Assembly: GCA_002189035.1 (NCBI GenBank)
Contig: NEEC01000020.1
Location: 1,550,001 to 1,614,000, forward strand
Length of the DNA: 64,000 bases
Source: Utricularia gibba
Lineage: Eukaryota; Plantae; Magnoliophyta
Direction of reading: 5' to 3'
Below, in pieces: positions 24,498-36,204 of this stretch. Each line of letters starts with the position of its first letter. Position 1 is the first letter of the stretch. The notes under the pieces are model-generated. The model had not been told where the DNA came from and ran no database searches. It was given only the letters and a program-made list of their open reading frames with translations. Position numbers and translations under genes: made by a program.

Positions 24498-25793
24498 TGT
24501 TAAGTGTCATTTTCTAGTTATTATTTAGGTATTATTATGCATTAATCTAGTGCTAAGTCGTCCAATTAGGAGTCTTATTATTAAGTATTTCATTTTGATT
24601 AGAAAATTCTCATTCTCCTAATTTATGTATATTTTATGTCTTTTTTCTCACACTTTGATCGAGCCATGTCAGGAGACTGTTAAGGAGTGTTGCAAGAGTA
24701 TTGCAGATGGTCAGACTCTGAGTTTTCGTGCCTTGTACGCAAGTTGGAACGATTGTGCGCGGAAGACTGACACTGGTAAAGGCCCTTGACTTACAGCATG
24801 TAAGAGTGTACAGCAATGATTGGGCGCAAACTTGCACGCAAAGAAAGCCTGGTGGCACACACAAGACGGAAGGAATGATGGGAAGGGAACCCAAAGGAGT
24901 TAGTGTATGTGGGAAGTCATATAAAAGCCACTTGGAGCACTTAGTTTCGGACCTTTTCGCACTTTAGCCTTGTACTTAGACTTGGGTGTTCTTCCTCCCT
25001 TCAAGGAGGAAGAATACTTAGTCTCCCTTTTCGTTTTCTGTTTTCCATGGCCCTTTTGGGCTAAAACCTTTAGTTTCTGGGAAGTTTTCTTCCAAGTCCT
25101 CAGCAATACACCCGGTTCTTCGCTGAATTGATTTCGGATACTACATACTTCCACGCGTATTGTTGCAGTCTTTCTGTAACGACTCTTAGTCAAGGTCCAT
25201 GAGTAGCAGGCTACTTCTCGCGGATTTTGGTGAAGATCAAGGTGAAGAGCACCAACTCCAACTCTACCGGTTCGAGGGAAGTAGTGGATTGTTTGTGGCC
25301 TAGGTACCGCGACAGTGGATAGGTTGTGACCTCGAACCTGCCACTGGCCATTGGCAACAGCTGGGCACATGCACGCAATTCGGTTTTGAAGGCAATCGAA
25401 GACAATCCTCTTGCCTTCCTAATCGTCCAAGGGGAATCACATGAGGCTATTCTCGTGCCTCCTGGTCAATCAGAGTGTAAGGGATAGTAGGCTATTCCTT
25501 TCTCCTATAACAGCTATTCGGAAGAAATCAGTGAAAACCAAGGAAAGGATGGACAAAGGAAGGAGATGGAATCTAATTCCCAGGAATTGCGTCCCAAGGC
25601 CCATCACTTAGGTTTTATCTTTTATTTCTACATTTCAAAACCCACCCCTTTTACAAAACTGTGACATTTTGTAGAAGTTCTTTACAAAACACTTTCCACG
25701 AAAAACAACTCCCTGAAATCAATACTCGTATTTCGCTTTCTACTGTTTTACGTTTTCAATATTTAAAATTTGTTGAGGAAGCGACACGCAACA
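24498..25793 (+). repeat. 5' LTR of C
   Basis: TGTTAAG...GACACGCAACA; TATA-like tcatataaaagc at ~24917; matches 38486-39766. Confidence 0.95.
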
Positions 25794-25818
25794 AATTTTT
25801 GATGCCGTTGCCTGGGAG
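25794..25818 (+). promoter_or_regulatory. Primer-binding site of C (Athila type)
   Basis: aatttttgatgccgttgcctgggag, a decayed form of the Athila-type TTTTTGGCGCCGTTGCCGGGGA, directly after the LTR. Confidence 0.85.
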
Positions 25819-26039
25819 TTGTGTATTTTTGTGTTTAGTGTTGTGCATAGTTTTTCTTTTTCTTTTCTTTTTCTTCCTTTCTTCTTGTTTTTCTTTTGTT
25901 TCCGTTTTGATGCTCCACCAAAGGGTCATCGAAGCTTGAGATCATACCGAGACATCTTGGGCCCTTTAGATCCAGAGATTGAGTCCACATTTCTGGCAAA
26001 AAAGAGGGAACAAATGTCAAATCTATTTTCTGACAAAGA

Positions 26040-29000
26040 AATGGATGCTCAACCACCTACTGGAGTCCCCACAGTGTACGGAGAACAAGAGCAACAGCAT
26101 CCGCAATTTTTTCCAGTTCTGCCGATCACTAATCATGGCCCAGCACTAAGGACCATAAAAGAAGAAATCACCGCCAGCCATGCGGACTGACCACTTTGTA
26201 TCATTTTTGACACGGAAGAGGACTTTGAGCTTTGCCCATACCTGTTCCAGACACTTCCTAAGTTCGCTGGGAGAGAAAATGACGACCCTAACCGTCATCT
26301 TAGAGAATTGCACACGGCTTGGAATGGGTGTATGGGTGTATGGACTACCACCCAAAAGGTGCTACGGAGAACCAAGTCAAGTTGCAGGTCTTCCCTTTTA
26401 GTCTCACTGAGCGAACCTTGGAATGGGTGTATGGACTACCACCATCCTCTATTTCTACCTGGGAGCAAATGGTTCAAAAAGTTTCTTGATAGATATGTGC
26501 CCCTAGGAAGAGCCTCCGTCGGAAGAAGAGCTTTAGCTACCATGTTACAAAGTGAAGGCGAAAATTTACAAGAGTATTATGACAGATTCAACCGGATCTG
26601 TAACACTTATCCACATCATGGACTTACTGAAGGTCAAATTTTGCAACAATTTTACGAAGGACTGGCCCCCATGATCAGAGGACAAATGGATGCCGCTTGT
26701 AATGGTTCATTACTAGAGAACCGCCACAGCGCTGATGCCCGAAGATTGATAGAACAAATGGCTACCAACTCCTATGCTACTTCTAGTCGATATGACTACT
26801 CATACCGAGCACCTAGAGGAAATTCTCAGCCTGTAAAGTCAGTGCACGAAGTGGATAATTCTGAAGTTTTAGCTCAACTTGTTGCTATGAGTGATACCTT
26901 GAAGCTTGGCTTCCAATCACTTCTCCAACAACAAGGAAGGTATCAAGGATCTTCAACCTCTCATCTTTCTGATCCAGGACCTATGATACATGAGATGCCA
27001 GTAGAAGAGGTGAACGCCTTCTACCAGAACCAAGGAGGAAGTTATAACTACGGAAACTACCAAATGCCGCAAAGAGATCACCCTGGTTTCCGCTAGAGAC
27101 AACCAGTACCCCCTGGTCAAGCCCCATCACTAGGGAACCCTTCTGCTGTTCCTCAAAAAACTCTCACTGCTCCACCTCAACCTTTGCAGATCACTGGAGT
27201 TCCAGATCAACCTCTGGTTCCTTATCAGCCAAATCATAATCTGGAGTCCATGGTGAAGTCCCTTACCGAGAGCACCAACAAGATGCATGCCTCACAAAAA
27301 GACATGGATGGAAGAATCACAAGCATGCAAACTCAAATCACCCAGCTGGTGCAAGCCATGAACCGACTGGAGACGCAAGGAGCACTACCATCCCAACCAG
27401 TGAAGAACCTAGAGCACATAAACGCCATATCTTTAAGAAGTGGGAAGGATCTACCGGAACCTTACCCATGGTTCATGACTAAGGTGGACAGATCTAACGA
27501 AAAAGAACTTGATGTCTTGGACGACGATGATGATGTGGATGAGGAGATTATTTTAGAGCACCCTGATGATTCTCTAGTCCAGAACACTGATGTACCGACG
27601 CCACCTTAAGAAGCGAAGGAGAAGGAGACACAAGAAGTTGATCAACCCAAGTCTTTAGTAATTCCACCTCATTTTCCTATGAGACTTTGTAGGAAAAACA
27701 AGGACAAACATGGACTGAAAGCATTCATGGAGGTGATGAAGAAGGAGAACGTGAATATTCCCTTACTAGACATGATAGACCAAGTGCCGAAATATGTGAA
27801 AATGTTGAAGGATTTGTGTGACCCCAAGAAGAAGGAAAAAGTGGAAGAGGTAATTCCTTTGACTGAAAATATTTCATCAATTATTCAAAGAAGGCTTCCA
27901 CGAAAGTGTAAGGATCCAGGTATGTTTTCCATACCTATTACTATTGGTGAAACCGAAATTTCAGTGTCCATGTGTGATTTAGGAGCATCGGTTAATGTTA
28001 TGCCTGGGTCTCTTTATCTTTCTCTTGCATCTAAGCTAGGTAAACTTGAGTCTACTAGTGTTGTTTGTCAATTAGTTGATAGATCACATGTGAAGCCTGA
28101 TGACGTGTTTGTGCATGTTAAAGATTTGATTTTTCCTGCTGACTTTTTAGTTATTCCAATGGAGAGCGAAAATTCCATGATTTCGGAGTCCATCATTTTG
28201 GGACGATCGTTTATGGCAACTGCAGGCACCAAAATTGATGTCCAAGCTCGCACAATTTCCCTATAGTTTGATGGATAGGTGCTGGACTTTAGCCTGGAAA
28301 AAGCCATGCAGTACCCGGACCAGATTAACGAGATTTGTTGAATATCTACATCTGACACAGATGTAGAACACTTAATGATGGTCCATGAACAAGATCCCTT
28401 GCTCAAATGCCTCATTGAAAACTTTGATTCTGATCATATTTCTTTTTATGATTCCGAACTTTTAAGTTATCTTGATCATTTTCCTGAAAAACTTGAATTT
28501 TCTGATGTTGCTTTTCTGAGTCTATCAATGCCTGAGAAACTGTTGATTCCTTCCGTTATTCATGCCCCATTACTAGAGTTAAAAAGACTGCCTAAACATT
28601 TTTGGGCGAAAATGAGACTTTACCTGTTATTATCTCTAGTACACTAACCCTGGAACTGGAGGAAAAACTAAGGAGTGTGCTCCAAGAGCACAAACAGGCA
28701 ATTGGGTGGACATTGGCGGATATCAACGGAAAAAGCCCCTCCATATGCACTCACTGCATTTATTTGGAGGAGGGAACAAAGCCAAGTCGCCAACCCCAGA
28801 GGAGATTGAATCCACCTATGATTGAAGTGGTCAAGAAGGAGATTCTGAAGTTATTGGCCGTAGGTATAATTCATTCTATTTGTGATAGTGAGTGGGTTAG
28901 CCCTGTGCAGGTTGTCCTGAAGAAAACAGATATCACAATCATGGCAAATGACCAAGGGGAACTCCTGCCTACCAGAGTGCAAAATGGCTGGCGAATGTGC

Positions 29001-30712
29001 GTAGATTACCGAAAACTGAACGCAGCACTAAGAAATACCACTACCCACTTCCATTCATTGACCAAATGTTGGAAAGACTTGCTGGAAGGAGCCATTATTG
29101 CTGCTTGGATGGATACTCCGGTTTCTATGAAATACCTGTGGCTCTTGAGGATCAATCTAAGGTTGTTTTCGTTTGCCCTTTTGGAACTTTTGCTTACCAT
29201 AAAATGCCTTTTGGACTTTGCAATATACCAGCAACATTTCAGAGATGCATGGTTAGTATTTTTTCTGAATATGTTGAAAATATTATTGAGGTTTTTATGG
29301 ATGACTTTACGGTTTATGGAAATAGCTTTGATGAATGCCTTGCTAATTTGTCACTGATTTTAAAGCGTTGTGTTAAGATTAACCTTGTTTTGAATTATGA
29401 GAAATGTCATTTCATGGTAGAACAAGGTATCATTTTAGGACATGTTTCCCAAAAGAGAATTGAGGTTGACAAGGCCAAAATTGAGGTAATCGAAAAAATT
29501 ACCTTATCCCAGTTGTGTGAGAGATGTACGTTCTTTCCTTGGACATGCTGGATTTTATCGTAGATTTATTCAGGATTTTTTGAAAATTGCATCTCCTCTA
29601 TGTGCCTTGTTACATAACGATGTTGAGTTTCATTTTGATGAAAAATGTGTGCATGTTTTTGATGTTTTGAAAGAGAAGCTTGTTTCGGCTCCCATTATTC
29701 AGGCTCCAAATTGGAGTCTACCCTTTGAACTAATTTGTGATGCAAGCGATGTAGCTCTAGGTGCGGTTTTGGGACTAAAGGTGGAGAAGCAATCCCATGT
29801 TATCCACTATGCGTCCAAGTGCCTTGATGATGCCCAAAAGAGCTACACCACTACAGAAAAGGAGCTGGTGGCCATTGTGTTTGCCCTGGAGAAATTTCGA
29901 TCTTATTTGTAGGAGCCAAAGTCATAGTCTACTCAGACCATGCCGCCTTGAGATATCTCCTCACCAAGAAGGATTCGAAGCCTAGACTCATTAGATGGAT
30001 TTTATTGCTTCAAGAATTCGACTTGGAGATTAAGGACAAGAAAGGATGCGAGAATTTAGTTGCAGACCATCTCAGCCGCATCACTTCTGGAGAAAAATCA
30101 AGTCTTATTGATGATAGCTTCCCGGACAAACACTTATTTGTGATCCATGATGAGAGTCCCTGGTACGCTGACATCGTAAATTTTTTAGTGACTGGACAGT
30201 TTCCTGCAGATTTCCAACACTACCAGAAGGAGAAATTGAGTGATAGCCTGAATTTCATTTGGGATGATCCATACCTCTGGAAAATCGAAATTGATCAGAT
30301 TATTAGGAGATGCATCCCACAAGATGAAGTGCACTCTATTCTTTCACATTGTCATGAGCTACCTTGTGGTGGACATTTTGGTGCGAAAGTTACTGCAAAG
30401 AAGGTGCTGGAGGCTGGATTTTATTGGCCTACAATATTCAAGGATGCCTACCTTCATTGCAAGGCATGCTCAACTTCTCAAAGAGGAGGAAATTTGGGAT
30501 ACAAGGATCAAATGCCCCTTCAACCCATTATCATGTGTGACATCTTTGATGCATGGGACATTGACTTCATGGGACCATTCCCTATTTCTCAAGGGAAGGT
30601 CTTCATCCTTCTTGGTGTTGATTATGTTTCTAAATGGGTGGAGGCCATTGCTTATGAAATGGATGATGCCAAAACCGTGGGTAATTTCTTGACTAACATT
30701 TTGTTTCCTTGA
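26040..30712 (+). pseudogene. gag-pol of C, 5' part (gag, protease, RT, RNase H, INT N-terminal half)
   Basis: ORFs 26308-27096, 27184-27609, 27679-28266 (CDLGASVN), 28602-29357, 28997-29563 (FMDDF), 29517-29912 (CDAS) and 29948-30712 (GGHFG, WDIDFM). Frameshifted. Confidence 0.93.
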
Positions 30713-31093
30713 AAGGTTTGTGAAAGGTTTGGATAGAGCTGGGTACGAGTCCGGGTCAACCCGTCTGACCCGCGTGTTGACTCGTAATGAGTCAATCTGT
30801 GACTTGTACCCGTCACTAATTGGGTACGGTGCGAGTTGAGATGGACGGGTACGGGTTGACCTGTACCAGTGTATCCACTCAGAATAGTGTATTAGTATTT
30901 TTTTTAGTATTTGTTTACAAAGATATTTATTAATACACAAACAAAACATATATAAACTTTATAATTGTAAATTCTTATGAATTAAATATACAAAAAAACG
31001 AATTAGTGATGTTTTAATTATTTAAATTATATTAATTGATTTAAATAAAAATTATAAATAAACACAATTTCATGTGTTAGGTCCATCGGCAAC

Positions 31094-32449
31094 TCACACA
31101 GGCGTGGGTTACATAACCCACATCCGTGTGTCCTCAGCTTCACACACGGGCGTGGGTTACATAACCCACATCCGTGTGTCCTCAGCATGTAACGACCCGC
31201 GACCTGCACTCTAGACGCTAAGGCCATTACTTACACCTAACACTCAGTATTGGTGTCCCAATCATTATGGGATGGGTTAGGAACGTGGTTGAGGGTGCAT
31301 TCCTCTCTTTCCACACCGCCATTCCTGGAACCTAGCGATCCCGGCAGCATCCCTAGCCGGATCCTTTCGCCAAGACTCACCAAACAGCACAAGGAGCGAA
31401 ATAGATATTTTATTAAGTCACAACAATTCAAGGTTCCATACCAGGCGGCAAGCCTCGGCGCACGACGCCACAACACAAAGGAAGAACGAACACAACCAGC
31501 AAGGAAATAGAGCTAAGTCACGAAGAGAGAAGTAAGACAGCAAGTCTCGCCACACTACCATCCACCACACATCCTAGTGATCACACCTCACTCAACATCT
31601 ACCTCCGCTGCACCCGCCTCGCCATCAGCCACACCACCTACACAGGAAAGAGTAAGGGAAGTCAGTCCTATGCCACACAGCTCCCTCCCTAAGCCTAAAC
31701 TACACATATTCATGAAGTTTCCCATCCACACGATTTATCACTGCTGTTCGCACATGCTGCCCCACGAGGCATCTCCGTAACTTCTCGTATCGGCTCGCAG
31801 CCCATCCTAGGCATCTCCGATGTTCTCGTAATCAATCCGAACACCTTTCCACACAGAATCCTACACGTTTGGCACTTCTCCCACTGAGCACAAGTGCTCA
31901 GTGTTGCCGCCATGACCGTAGTTCGATGGCCCCGCTTATTGCTCGCATGGCCTCACGATCCGCGACTTCGCCGCGTTGCCATTGGGGGTGCACTCCCCAA
32001 TCCCGCCGTAGCTGACAACCCCTCGATCACTCAGCGAGGTGCCTCGATCACACAGCGAGAACTTTTAAGAATAATACCATATCTCCACACACGAAGTTAG
32101 CTTCCACCAATCTGTCCCGCAGCACAATTCAACCATAAAGCCCTTACCTTTGTGCGGTTTTTGTCATCCTCTTGGAGTGGCTGCCGTCCCTCTCAGCTGG
32201 TGTCCCTTCCAAGGGCTCTAGCCCTTCTACTTATACCCGTAATTCGTCCTATTGGGTCCATCCTAAGCCCGTCGGGTCTACCCGGAAGACATGCAAGTCT
32301 AAGGGTTGTTCACAAGTACCCTCCCTTTTTAAGGTCAGCCCCTTACCATGACCGCATCTTTGTCTCTTTTCTGAGGATTTGGGTCGGGGGTGTTACAAGC
32401 ATCACACACGGGCATGGGTTACATAACCCACGCCCATGTGTCCTCAACA
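31094..32449. repeat. Three ~48-bp palindromic tandem units (31094-31139, 31140-31187, 32402-32449), split by a solo LTR
   Basis: Consensus ACACACGGGCGTGGGTTA-CA-TAACCCACGCCCGTGTGT-CCTCAGCAT. Confidence 0.9.
31188..32397 (-). mobile_element. Solo LTR, Tekay/Del-like Ty3/gypsy
   Basis: Termini TGTAACGACCC...GGGGGTGTTACA; AGCA on both sides; GC-rich with no coding motifs. Orientation is inferred only. Confidence 0.8.
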
Positions 32450-32898
32450 TCATTTTATAATAACAAATGAAATGCATTGTTCAGCAGCCCCCTAAAGCTT
32501 TCTCTTCCAGATTCTTCTCGCTTTCAAGTATAAAAGTTTTTGAATTCATGACCGTTACTTCTGTTAATCAACCCATCTTCTAAAAATATATTTAAAAAAT
32601 ATGTAAATATAAATATTTTTATATAAAACCCTAGTCTTACATCTCATTCTTCCTTTTCATGCTGTCTTCGGTGCTCTCAAATTCTAAGTCTTCACACGCT
32701 CATCGATTCTTGCTGTCGTACAAGACAAGTTGGGCTATCGCTAGTGCTGAGTGCTTAACTTGCTGATTCAATCTTATTATACTATCGGTCTATTCTGTCC
32801 TTTTTATTGTTCTAAATTATTAAATTGTGTTGTTGCTGTTTTTTTTAGTTTCTTAAAATTTTTTGTTGTTCTTCTGTGCCTTGCTTTTCTTTTGATAT

Positions 32899-34400
32899 GT
32901 GTCCAAGTTCTCTTTCAAAATGACAGAATTTTCAAACCCTTCTTTTTCATGTGAAGTATCTGAAAATCCAATTTTAAATTTGGAATTAGAAGATGAGTGT
33001 GAAACTGAAGTTCATGGATCTACTTCTAACCCCAAAAAACGCAAGTCTTCTGAATCTCTAGATTGGCATTATCATTTTGTTTTTGAAAAAAGTTTGGGCA
33101 AAGTAAGGTGTAAATATTGTGATGTAGAATATAAACCTAGTAAAGGTGGTTCAACAACTAATTTTTTAAGACACATAAAAACTAAACATCCTAATAAAGA
33201 CTTTTCTTGTAAGCAATCTAAATTGAATGTTGTTGGTGGTAACATTAGTGCCAAATTTATTTTTGATGTAAAATCTTCTCAAATTCAATTAGTGCTTTAC
33301 TTAATTTTATGTGAAAGGCTTTTAGTGAAGTAGAAAATCCATATTTTACAAAATTTATCACTTCTCATTTACAACCACACTTTGTTCCATTTTCTAGAAG
33401 AAAGGCTGTTTCTATTGCATTAGAACAATTTGAGGAGAAAAACATTGGTTTAATTTCAAAGTTTGAATCTTTAAAATGTAAAATTTGTTTAACATGTGAT
33501 GGATGGCGTGGAATAAATGGAAATGATTATCTTGTTATTACTGCTTCGTGGGTAGATAGCACATGGACCATGCAAAAGAGAATTTTAGCATTTCGACCTT
33601 ACGAACCTCCACACATAGGTGCACACATTGCCATGTTTATTTCTGATATTTGACGTGAATACATGATACATGATCGCATTTTTTCAATTACTTTAGATAA
33701 TGCTTCAAATAATTCGAGTGCTATTAGAATTTTAAAAACATCTATGAGTCCTATGTTAGGTGGTGCTTTTTTTCATGCGAGATACGTTTGCCACATTTTA
33801 AATTTATGTGTTCAAGATGCTTTAGAACTTGATTATATTTCTAGTTTACTTCTTTACGAAAATTAGTTAACATTCTGAAAATTTCTAGTACAAAAAAAAA
33901 GGAATTTAAACACTTATGTGAAACTAATGGAATTCCATTTAAAACTTTAAAGTGTGATTTACCAACTAGATGGAATTCCACATTTTTTATGATTCGTTCC
34001 ATGCTTCCTTATAGGAATATAGTTGAAACATTTGTTAATTTATTTCCTGAATTAAATTGCAACATAGTTGAAACAGAATTTGAAAAATTAGATATTTTAG
34101 TTGACTATTTATCAGTTTTTCATCGATATACCATGCTTTTTAGTGGAGTATATTATCCTACCATGCATTTGATGTTTCCTGCTCTAGTTCACATTACATT
34201 GTTGTTTAAAAAATATATAAACATTGATTTCCTTAAAGATTTAATTTTAAAATGATTTCAAAATTTTTGAAGTATTATGATCCCATTCCAACTTTAGTTC
34301 TTGTTGCAAATATACTTGATCCTAGGGTTAAAGGTTTTGGATTACTTGCTGGTCTAAAACTTTTTTGTGATTTTTATAATTCTCTTCAACTTGATTTTTA
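32899..34400 (+). pseudogene. hAT transposase (BED finger and catalytic region), C-terminal dimerisation domain missing
   Basis: VRCKYC...STTNFLRHIKTKH; LTCDGWR; ITLDNASNN; HARYVCHILNLCVQ; PTRWNST; FSGVYYPT. Contains stops and frameshifts. Confidence 0.9.
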
Positions 34401-35170
34401 TAATTGCAGGTAACTTGTTCATTAATGTAGGAAGTTTGAAGGATGTTTTTGTGGTTTTTTGACCTGTTCGAATGTTTAGCACTTATTTTGTATATTCTGT
34501 CAAAGTTTTCATTTTTATTTTCTAGAAAAAATCTTTATTTGGACCCCCTTTTTCTCCTTTGCTGTAATTTGAGTTCTTTGTTATGTAATGTTTTGGTGTG
34601 ATGAGTTTTATTGCATCGTGGATGTTAGGTTTTGTGATGTGTAAATTTTGATATGATTTTTAAATAAATACAGATGCAGGTTTTTTTTCTTAATATATGA
34701 ACAATAATAACTTGTTTTTTAAATCTTTATTTGTCATTGCAACTTCATTTCTAGTAAGAACAAACTGGAAAAACCTTTTGTTTTTGCAATTACTAGTTGC
34801 TTACAAGCTAAAGTTGCTTTGAACCTGTTAAGAGAGGGAAATGCTGTTTTGATCTAGTTTTGAGTTATGTTTACATACCTGATATAGATGGATTCAATCT
34901 TCTGGAGTTGATTCATTTGGAAAAACATCTGACAGTATGTTGTTTGGAAATGGTGGGATGAAAATAAAAAAGCACTTTACCCACAATGGGAGATATTTAA
35001 TTTTGTTGTTTGGCACCGTGCCTGTGATTCGTTAGCGAGTGAAGAATTACCCGGGTACGAGTCGGGTCAAGCAATTTACCCGCACGAGTTTGACCCCGAG
35101 TCAGCCACTTAATTTTTGATCCGGCGGGTCAGACTCGTACCCGTACGAGTCCAACCTGTACCCAGCTCTA

Positions 35171-35860
35171 GGTTTGGACATCCCAAGATTATAATTTCAG
35201 ATCGTGGTACCCATTTCGTTAATCAAGCTATCAAGAGTGCATTGGCCAAATATGGAGTCAACCACCGCCTATCCACAGCTAGACATCCTCAAACAAATGG
35301 AAGGGCGGAAGTATCAAATAGGGAAGTGAAGAGGATCTTGAAGCGTACCATGAACCCAAATAGGCGAGATTGAAGCTTAAGACTCCATGATGCACTTTCG
35401 GCATACCGTACAGCTTACAAGAATCCTATAGGAATGTCTCCATACCGAATGATCTATGGTAAGGCATGTCATTTTCCTTTTGAATTACATCACAGGGCAT
35501 ACTGGGCCGTCAAGTCATGCAACCTGACTAGTGATCAAACCGGAGAGAGCAGACTTTTAGACCTAAATGAGCTGGAGGAAATTCGCCTCAATGCCTACAC
35601 TAACCAGCTTCTGCACAAGGAAAAGGTAAAACGCTACCATGATGGTAAGTTGCATGGGAAGCAATTTTTAGTAGGTCAAAAGGTTCTCTTATTTGATTCC
35701 CCCTTGAAACTCTTTCCCGGTAAATTGCGTTCTTAGTGGCTTGGACCTTATGAAGTTGTGAATTTTTTTCCCTCTAGTGCTGTTATTATTCGTTCATTTG
35801 AGACAGGGAAATGCATTAAGGTGAATGGACACCGACTTAAGCCATTTTATGAGAAATTTA
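35171..35860 (+). pseudogene. Integrase C-terminal half of C
   Basis: RFGHPKIIISDRGTHF...HPQTNGRAEVSNRE...[14 protein letters not shown]...KVNGHRLK. Confidence 0.92.
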
Positions 35861-36204
35861 AGCCGCACAGTGTGTGCAGCCTACTACTAGTCAAGGGCCA
35901 TTAACAGGTGTCATAGTAAGCCAAAGACTGTAAATTGGCGCTGCATGGGAGGCAACCCATGACTTTAATTTTGTAACCGTTACTCTTTTCATGTTTTCAT
36001 CACCCACTACTCCAAGTGACTTTACTTTCACCTGCCCCACGTCACCACTTACTCCCTTAACCGTTTCTACACTCAATCTCCCTAATACCGTTTGGAATTC
36101 CCATTTTCACTAACCGTTACGCCACTTCGTTCTTGTGACTTGCATTTCAATTCCTCTCATTCTCTCGCCTGAAATTCTCCGATTCTCTGATTTTTGGACC
36201 CACC

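Larger units (their letters stand above)
30734..35170 (+). mobile_element. hAT DNA transposon inserted into the integrase of C
   Basis: Perfect 13-bp TIR TAGAGCTGGGTAC, perfect 8-bp TSD GGTTTGGA (30726-30733 / 35171-35178), GGGTCAA/ACCCG subterminal motifs and an internal transposase. Confidence 0.96.

Noticed and set aside
30470-30949. 159-aa minus-strand ORF
   Set aside because: It spans the hAT/integrase junction and is antisense to the integrase; an artefact of the insertion.
31094-32449. CRISPR-like array of palindromic repeats
   Set aside because: The units are directly adjacent with no unique spacers, there are no cas genes, and the context is a eukaryotic TE.
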